Source of the DNA: Candidatus Woesearchaeota archaeon
Lineage (GTDB): Archaea; Nanobdellota; Nanobdellia; Woesearchaeales; GW2011-AR4
Assembly: GCA_016180235.1 (NCBI GenBank)
Contig: JACPBQ010000004.1
Coordinates: 303,674 to 367,673 of the forward strand
Direction: 5' to 3'
DNA: 64,000 nucleotides
The translations under genes were made by a program, and so were the position numbers. Positions 60,031 to 64,000 of this stretch are shown here, piece by piece (positions within the stretch are counted from its first letter, which is position 1; every line of letters starts with the position of its first letter). The notes beneath the pieces are model-generated. The model had not been told where the DNA came from, did not search any database, and saw nothing but the letters and a program-made list of their open reading frames with translations.

Positions 60031-60432
60031 TCAATCACCCAGAACAGTAACGGCAATACTCCTTTTCCTCGGGCCGTCCAATTCAAAAAGCATGATGCCC
60101 TGCCACGTCCCTAACTGCAGCTTTCCGGCTTTTACAGGTATAGTCTCTGACGGGCCCAATATGGTAGCTTTTATGTGCGCATCAGCATTGCCATCCAGCT
60201 TATCGTGCCTCCAAATCCCCTTTTCAACCAGCTTATTTAAAGCGTCTATGGTATCGAGGCAGATGTTTGTATCAGCATTCTCATTTATCACTATGGCAGC
60301 GGTTGCGTGCATTGCATAGACATTGCACAATCCATCCTTGATACCTGATTTTTTTACCATAGATGAAACTTTTGCTGTTATGTCAATCATCTCCTGGCTT
60401 TTAGAAGTTGATACAGTTATGCTCTCCTGCAT
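60031..60432 (-). CDS. YjbQ/UPF0047 family protein
   Basis: The start is taken at MQESITV (ORF track extends to 60489). HATAAIVINENAD, DAHIKATILG and GTWQGIMLFELDGPRKR are present. Confidence 0.8.
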   Translation of the reverse strand: MQESITVSTSKSQEMIDITAKVSSMVKKSGIKDGLCNVYAMHATAAIVINENADTNICLDTIDALNKLVEKGIWRHDKLDGNADAHIKATILGPSETIPVKAGKLQLGTWQGIMLFELDGPRKRSIAVTVLGD

Positions 60433-60521
60433 AATGGGGTAAATATCATGGTATTTTTTAAATCTTTCTTTGCACGGCAAAATAAACAATGTTTAAAAAT
60501 AAGTTGGTTTAATCCACATAT

Positions 60522-61079
60522 ATGAAAATAATTATTATAACAGGGACCCCCGGAACCGGAAAGACCGCGTTATCAAAAAAATTAGCCAGCAAACTGGATT
60601 TCCATTATATTGATGTAAATAGGATGATAAGCAAATATGGGGTTTCAGAAGGTTATGACAAAAAGAGGAAAACGAAAATCGTGGATATCAAAAAACTGAA
60701 TAAAATGCTTATCAGGGAAATCAACAGCATAAAAAATGCCAATAAAGATGCAACAAAACATCCAAAACAAAAAAATAAACCCAATAAAAAATCAAAAAGC
60801 AAAATTATTGCCGGGGTTATAATAGACTCCCATCTAAGCCATTACCTGCCGAAAAAATATGCTGATCTGTGCATAGTGACCAAATGCAGCCTGAAAGTGC
60901 AGCAGAAGAGGCTCAAAAAAAGAAAATACTCAAACGAGAAAATCAGGGAAAACCTTGACGCGGAAATATTTGATGTCTGCCTTAACGAGGCAAGGGAAAA
61001 CGGGCATAAAATCATCGTTTTTGACACGACAAAAGGCATTGGCATCGACAAGATCTGCAATAAAATAAAACATCTATAA
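60522..61079 (+). CDS. Fap7 / adenylate kinase isoenzyme 6-type NTPase with Lys-rich insertion
   Basis: MKIIIITGTPGTGKTALSKKLA P-loop, IIDSHLSHY and a C-terminal region typical of AK6. The insertion is NANKDATKHPKQKNKPNKKSKSK. Confidence 0.7.
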   Translation: MKIIIITGTPGTGKTALSKKLASKLDFHYIDVNRMISKYGVSEGYDKKRKTKIVDIKKLNKMLIREINSIKNANKDATKHPKQKNKPNKKSKSKIIAGVIIDSHLSHYLPKKYADLCIVTKCSLKVQQKRLKKRKYSNEKIRENLDAEIFDVCLNEARENGHKIIVFDTTKGIGIDKICNKIKHL

Positions 61080-61163
61080 ATTCAATAAAAAGAATCATGC
61101 CAATAATACTGCTAACAATACAAAAAACAATAATAAGAAAACCCGGAAAACCTGAAAATAGAA

Positions 61164-61532
61164 ATGAGAATAAAAATAATATCCGGAAACTTTGAATCAC
61201 TGGCAGAATTAAAAAACACAGCAACTGCAAAAGCAATTTACGGAAAGCTGCCTATAGAAAGCACAGCATGCAGATGGGGAGATGAGGTATATTTTGAGAT
61301 TCCAGTTTCTCTGAAAGCAGAGGAAGATGCAAAAGAAATTGTGGAAAAAGGGGATATAGCTTACTGGCCCGATGGCAGATGCTTCTGCATCTTCTTTGGA
61401 AGGACCCCTGCTTCCTCGGATGAAAGGCCAAAAGCCGCTTCGAAAGTGAATGTTTTCGGCAGGATTATGGGAAATTATGGTGTTTTCAGGAAGATAAATG
61501 ATGAAGATAAGATAATTGTTGATAAGGCATAA
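61164..61532 (+). CDS. Cyclophilin-like fold protein (unknown function)
   Basis: 122-aa ORF. LNDTATAKAIYxxLP-type start (ELKNTATAKAIYGKLP), RWGDEVYFEIP and GDIAYWPDGRCFCIFFG. Confidence 0.55.
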   Translation: MRIKIISGNFESLAELKNTATAKAIYGKLPIESTACRWGDEVYFEIPVSLKAEEDAKEIVEKGDIAYWPDGRCFCIFFGRTPASSDERPKAASKVNVFGRIMGNYGVFRKINDEDKIIVDKA

Positions 61533-61536
61533 TATT

Positions 61537-61624
61537 AAAAAAGGACATTAGTTATTGGACATTTGTGTCCTTTTTTAAGATAGTAAAAGACAAATAAATT
61601 GTCCTAAAATTTGTGTCTTTTACT
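61537..61624 (+). terminator. Two tandem, related long stem-loops with T-runs after the cyclophilin-like gene
   Basis: SL1 is 61538-61547/61566-61575 (aaaaaggaca/tgtccttttt). SL2 is 61582-61592/61614-61624 (agtaaaagaca/tgtcttttact). Both loops contain a ttgKMC box. Confidence 0.4.
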
Positions 61625-61638
61625 ATATTTGAATTAAA

Positions 61639-61646
61639 TTTATATA
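61639..61646 (+). promoter_or_regulatory. TATA-box-like element upstream of the NFACT gene
   Basis: tttatata lies 23 nt upstream of the ATG at 61669. Confidence 0.45.
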
Positions 61647-61668
61647 CCCGGTTCTTTACTTTTTACCA

Positions 61669-62787
61669 ATGGCAAAGCAAATAAGCTCTATCGACCTGCA
61701 TTTTCTCATCAAAGAGCTCAAAGACCTGGAGAAGTCAAAAGTAGACAGGATTTATAACGTGGAAAATGAAGAGATGTATATGCAGTTCCATAAGAGCAAT
61801 GCCGGGAAAAAAATTCTCAGGATAATGCTGGGAAAAGGGATTTTTATTTCCGAGGAAAAATCCTCCGATGAAAAGCCATCGCATTTCTGCACAATGATGA
61901 GAAAGCACCTTGAAGGCAAGATACTGGAAAGCATAGAGCAGATAAAGCCGGAGAGGATAATAAAATTTGCTTTAAAGTCAAAAGAAGAGGAAAAAATACT
62001 TTACGTTGAGATTTTCGGCAAGGGAAACGTGATACTGTGCAATAAAGATGGCATCATAATCGAGGCACTGCTGAAGCAGAAATTCAGGGAAAGGTCAATA
62101 CTTCCAAAAGAAAAATATAAGCATCCAATAATGCAGTACAATGTTTTTGACCTGGGCAAAGACAATATCCGCAATTTATTAAAAAGTTCCCAAAAAGACA
62201 AAATGGTGACTTTATTGGCGACAGAGCTGGGCCTTGGGGGAGTTTACTCTGAGGAAACATGCTTATTGGGAAACATAGACAAAAATGCGAGCCCGGGAAA
62301 AATCACTGAGAAGGAAATTTCCGCAATTTCAGATTCAATCAAAAAAATAATCAATAAAAAAACAAGCCCGGGCATAATATACGATGATCATGGTGCTGTT
62401 GATGTTATTCCTGCGGACTTTGAATTCTACAGAGGCCATGAAAAGAAAGAATTTCCGAGCTTCAACTCTGCCCTTGAACACTATTTCACCAGGGAAGCAA
62501 AAATTTTGGAGAAGAAAAAAGACCCGTATGAGAAGCAGATAAATGAGCTCAGAAGGATAATAGAAGAGCAGGAATCCACTTTGAAAGGCCTTGCCGAGAA
62601 GGAAGATGACTGCAGGAAAAAAGCGGAGCTTATATACGGCAATTACAAATTAATAAGCGAAATCCTGGCAGAAATCAACAGGGCAAAAGAAAAGCATTCA
62701 TGGGAAGAGATAAAAAAGAGGCTTAAAGGCCATAAGATAGTCAAAGATATTGATGTGAAGGAAAAGATGGTGGTGGTTGAGGTTTAG
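61669..62787 (+). CDS. NFACT-family (RqcH/FbpA-like) protein, N-terminal part only (NFACT-N, HhH, coiled coil); NFACT-R/DUF814 part absent
   Basis: The MAKQISSIDLHFLIKELKDLEKSKVDRIYN start, GKGNVILCNKDG and LGLGGVYSEE (HhH) are followed by a long coiled coil ending IVKDIDVKEKMVVVEV. The ORF stops at 372 aa. Confidence 0.7.
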   Translation: MAKQISSIDLHFLIKELKDLEKSKVDRIYNVENEEMYMQFHKSNAGKKILRIMLGKGIFISEEKSSDEKPSHFCTMMRKHLEGKILESIEQIKPERIIKFALKSKEEEKILYVEIFGKGNVILCNKDGIIIEALLKQKFRERSILPKEKYKHPIMQYNVFDLGKDNIRNLLKSSQKDKMVTLLATELGLGGVYSEETCLLGNIDKNASPGKITEKEISAISDSIKKIINKKTSPGIIYDDHGAVDVIPADFEFYRGHEKKEFPSFNSALEHYFTREAKILEKKKDPYEKQINELRRIIEEQESTLKGLAEKEDDCRKKAELIYGNYKLISEILAEINRAKEKHSWEEIKKRLKGHKIVKDIDVKEKMVVVEV

Positions 62788-62971
62788 GATACAATTGTCC
62801 GGTTTTTGAATCAATAACATAAACTCCGGGATCATTACCAGCCGCTCCAGCAAGCGCTCTTCCCAAAATCACATCTTGAGGTTTATTAGAAGCAATCAAT
62901 GCAGCAGCTCTCCTGACATTATTGCCAGAATCTGCTGTTACGACAATCTCAAGCGGTTTTTGATCTTCCAT
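62741..62971 (-). CDS. Doubtful small ORF (76 aa) between NFACT gene and 5S rRNA
   Basis: This is the only ORF in this gap. Its composition is non-repetitive (EIVVTADSGNNVRRAAALIASNK...), but its 3' end overlaps the NFACT gene by 47 nt and no motif is recognised. Confidence 0.2.
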   Translation of the reverse strand: MEDQKPLEIVVTADSGNNVRRAAALIASNKPQDVILGRALAGAAGNDPGVYVIDSKTGQLYPKPQPPPSFPSHQYL

Positions 62972-63004
62972 GATATAAAACCTACCGGAAAGAAATCCAT
63001 AACC

Positions 63005-63012
63005 TTTATAAA
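63005..63012 (+). promoter_or_regulatory. TATA-box-like element upstream of 5S rRNA
   Basis: The palindromic tttataaa lies about 22 nt upstream of the predicted 5S 5' end. Confidence 0.5.
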
Positions 63013-63032
63013 TACTTTTCCCTTCCCAGCAA

Positions 63033-63148
63033 TTGGACGGTCATAGGGGCTTGGTTCACCGGATCCCGTTCCGATCTCCGAAGTTAAGCAAGCTTCCGTT
63101 CCTGGCTGTACTGCATTTAGGTGTGGGAAACCGGGAAAGCTGTCCACC
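63033..63148 (+). rRNA. rrf: 5S ribosomal RNA
   Basis: ggacggtcatagg...cccgttccgatctccgaagttaagc...tgtactg...gggaaaccgggaaagctgtcc. The terminal helix is GGACGG/CTGTCC, and the conserved CCGAAGTTAAGC and GTACTG...GGGA loop-E context are present. A T-run (ttttattt) follows. Confidence 0.85.
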
Positions 63149-63271
63149 TTTTATTTAAAATGGGATTAAGAGCCTCATTTTTTATTTTTTAAGCCAGCCT
63201 TCTTATATGTGACTTTCCTGAATTTGATTATAGGCAAGATTTTTAAATGAAATTCTATTTGCAATGCTAAA

Positions 63272-64000
63272 ATGAATATAAGCGTTATAGGCACAGGGTA
63301 CGTTGGACTGGGGACAGCAGCGGTTTTTTCCGAGCTCGGAAACAATGTAATAGGAGCGGATATAGATGAAACTAAAATAAAAAATCTAAATAAGGGAATA
63401 ATGCCGATTTTCGAGCCTGGACTGAAAGAATTGATCGAAAGGAACCTGAAGGAGAAGAGGCTCAGATTTACCCATGACAACAAGGAAGCGATAATGCACG
63501 GGGATATAATATTCATCTGCGTTGGAACCCCGCCAAAGGAAAACTGGGAAACGGAGATGAAGCATGTTGAGGCTGTGGCAAAGGAAATTGCAGAGAATAT
63601 GGATTCTTACAAGGTCATAGCCCATAAAAGCACAGTCCCTGTTGAGACCGGAGAGAAAGTCAAGGATATTATAAAAAGCAACCTGAAAAATGATGTTGAG
63701 TTTGATGTTGTAAGCAATCCAGAATTCCTGAGGGAAGGGACTGCTATCTCTGATACTCTGAATCCTGACAGGATAGTAATAGGGATTGAGAGCGAAAGGG
63801 CAGCAGAGATGATGAAGAAATTATATAATCCTATCAAAGCTCCAATAATAATGACTGACATAAAGAGCGCTGAGCTGATAAAGCACGCTTCCAATGCATT
63901 TTTAGCGACCAAAATATCCTTCATAAATGCAATCTCCCAGATATGCGAAAAGACAGGGGCTGATGTTGAAAAGGTTGCGGAAGGCATGGGCTATGACCAG
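63272..64000 (+). CDS. ugd: UDP-glucose 6-dehydrogenase (5' partial, runs off the window)
   Basis: Absent from the ORF track because there is no stop in the window. ATG at 63272, then MNISVIGTGYVGLGTAAVF (GxGxxG), FICVGTP, NPEFLREGTAI and LATKISFIN. The frame is open for 243 codons to the window end. Confidence 0.85.
   Translation, partial: MNISVIGTGYVGLGTAAVFSELGNNVIGADIDETKIKNLNKGIMPIFEPGLKELIERNLKEKRLRFTHDNKEAIMHGDIIFICVGTPPKENWETEMKHVEAVAKEIAENMDSYKVIAHKSTVPVETGEKVKDIIKSNLKNDVEFDVVSNPEFLREGTAISDTLNPDRIVIGIESERAAEMMKKLYNPIKAPIIMTDIKSAELIKHASNAFLATKISFINAISQICEKTGADVEKVAEGMGYDQ

Noticed and set aside
63175-63987. Three minus-strand ORFs (113, 79 and 126 aa) listed in the track at the window end
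   Set aside because: The + strand frame from the ATG at 63272 is open to the window end and encodes an unmistakable UDP-glucose 6-dehydrogenase N-terminus. The minus-strand ORFs are antisense artefacts.

Overview
AT-rich archaeal chromosomal segment (by eye well below 45% GC). The gene content points to a small-genome DPANN-type archaeon. Supporting features are archaeal/eukaryal ribosomal proteins (eL14, eL34, eL19, eL32, eS4), Rpp29, aSUI1, pelota, Hef, RadB, aMBF1, a split transketolase and a class III signal-peptide pilin. A single-polypeptide PriS + PriL-CTD primase is also present, and TTTAWATA boxes sit 22-25 nt upstream of many start codons. The core of the window is a tightly packed minus-strand uL3...uL15-secY ribosomal cluster (26.8-40.6 kb). 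Other housekeeping content includes the non-oxidative pentose phosphate genes (tkt N/C halves, tal), PheRS alpha/beta, acs, htpX and an unlinked 5S rRNA gene. There is also a biotin supercluster (biotin carboxylase, birA, BioMNY transporter, BCCP, carboxyltransferase) and a glycosylation cluster (GT2, GT-C, partial ugd). Five observations stand out. (1) A co-directional four-gene envelope module (8.66-14.38 kb) is built from domains I cannot assign to a named family, and it includes an SLT-like lytic transglycosylase domain fused to a polytopic membrane protein. (2) A family of GC-rich hairpin-module arrays (REP/BIME-like) occurs as two inverted copies at 48.8 and 56.1 kb, with compensatory stem changes. 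A-rich hairpins plus one degenerate module also fill a 370-nt spacer at 24.1 kb and the rpl23-rpl2 spacer. (3) An accessory island (50.7-55.3 kb) holds two paralogous PIN/RHH pairs, an orphan AbrB gene, a Ski2-like helicase and a PadR/DUF5320 divergon with three operator-like palindromes. (4) An extracytoplasmic disulfide system (DsbB/BdbC plus a VKOR-type thioredoxin lipoprotein) and a pilin are inserted in the conserved rpl34e-secY neighbourhood. (5) Several disrupted or atypical genes are present: a TrmB-like pseudogene, an NFACT protein truncated next to the 5S gene, and a biotin carboxylase with a ~130-aa N-terminal extension. No CRISPR array, tRNA gene or transposase was recognised. All family assignments come from motif recognition by eye, not from database searches.
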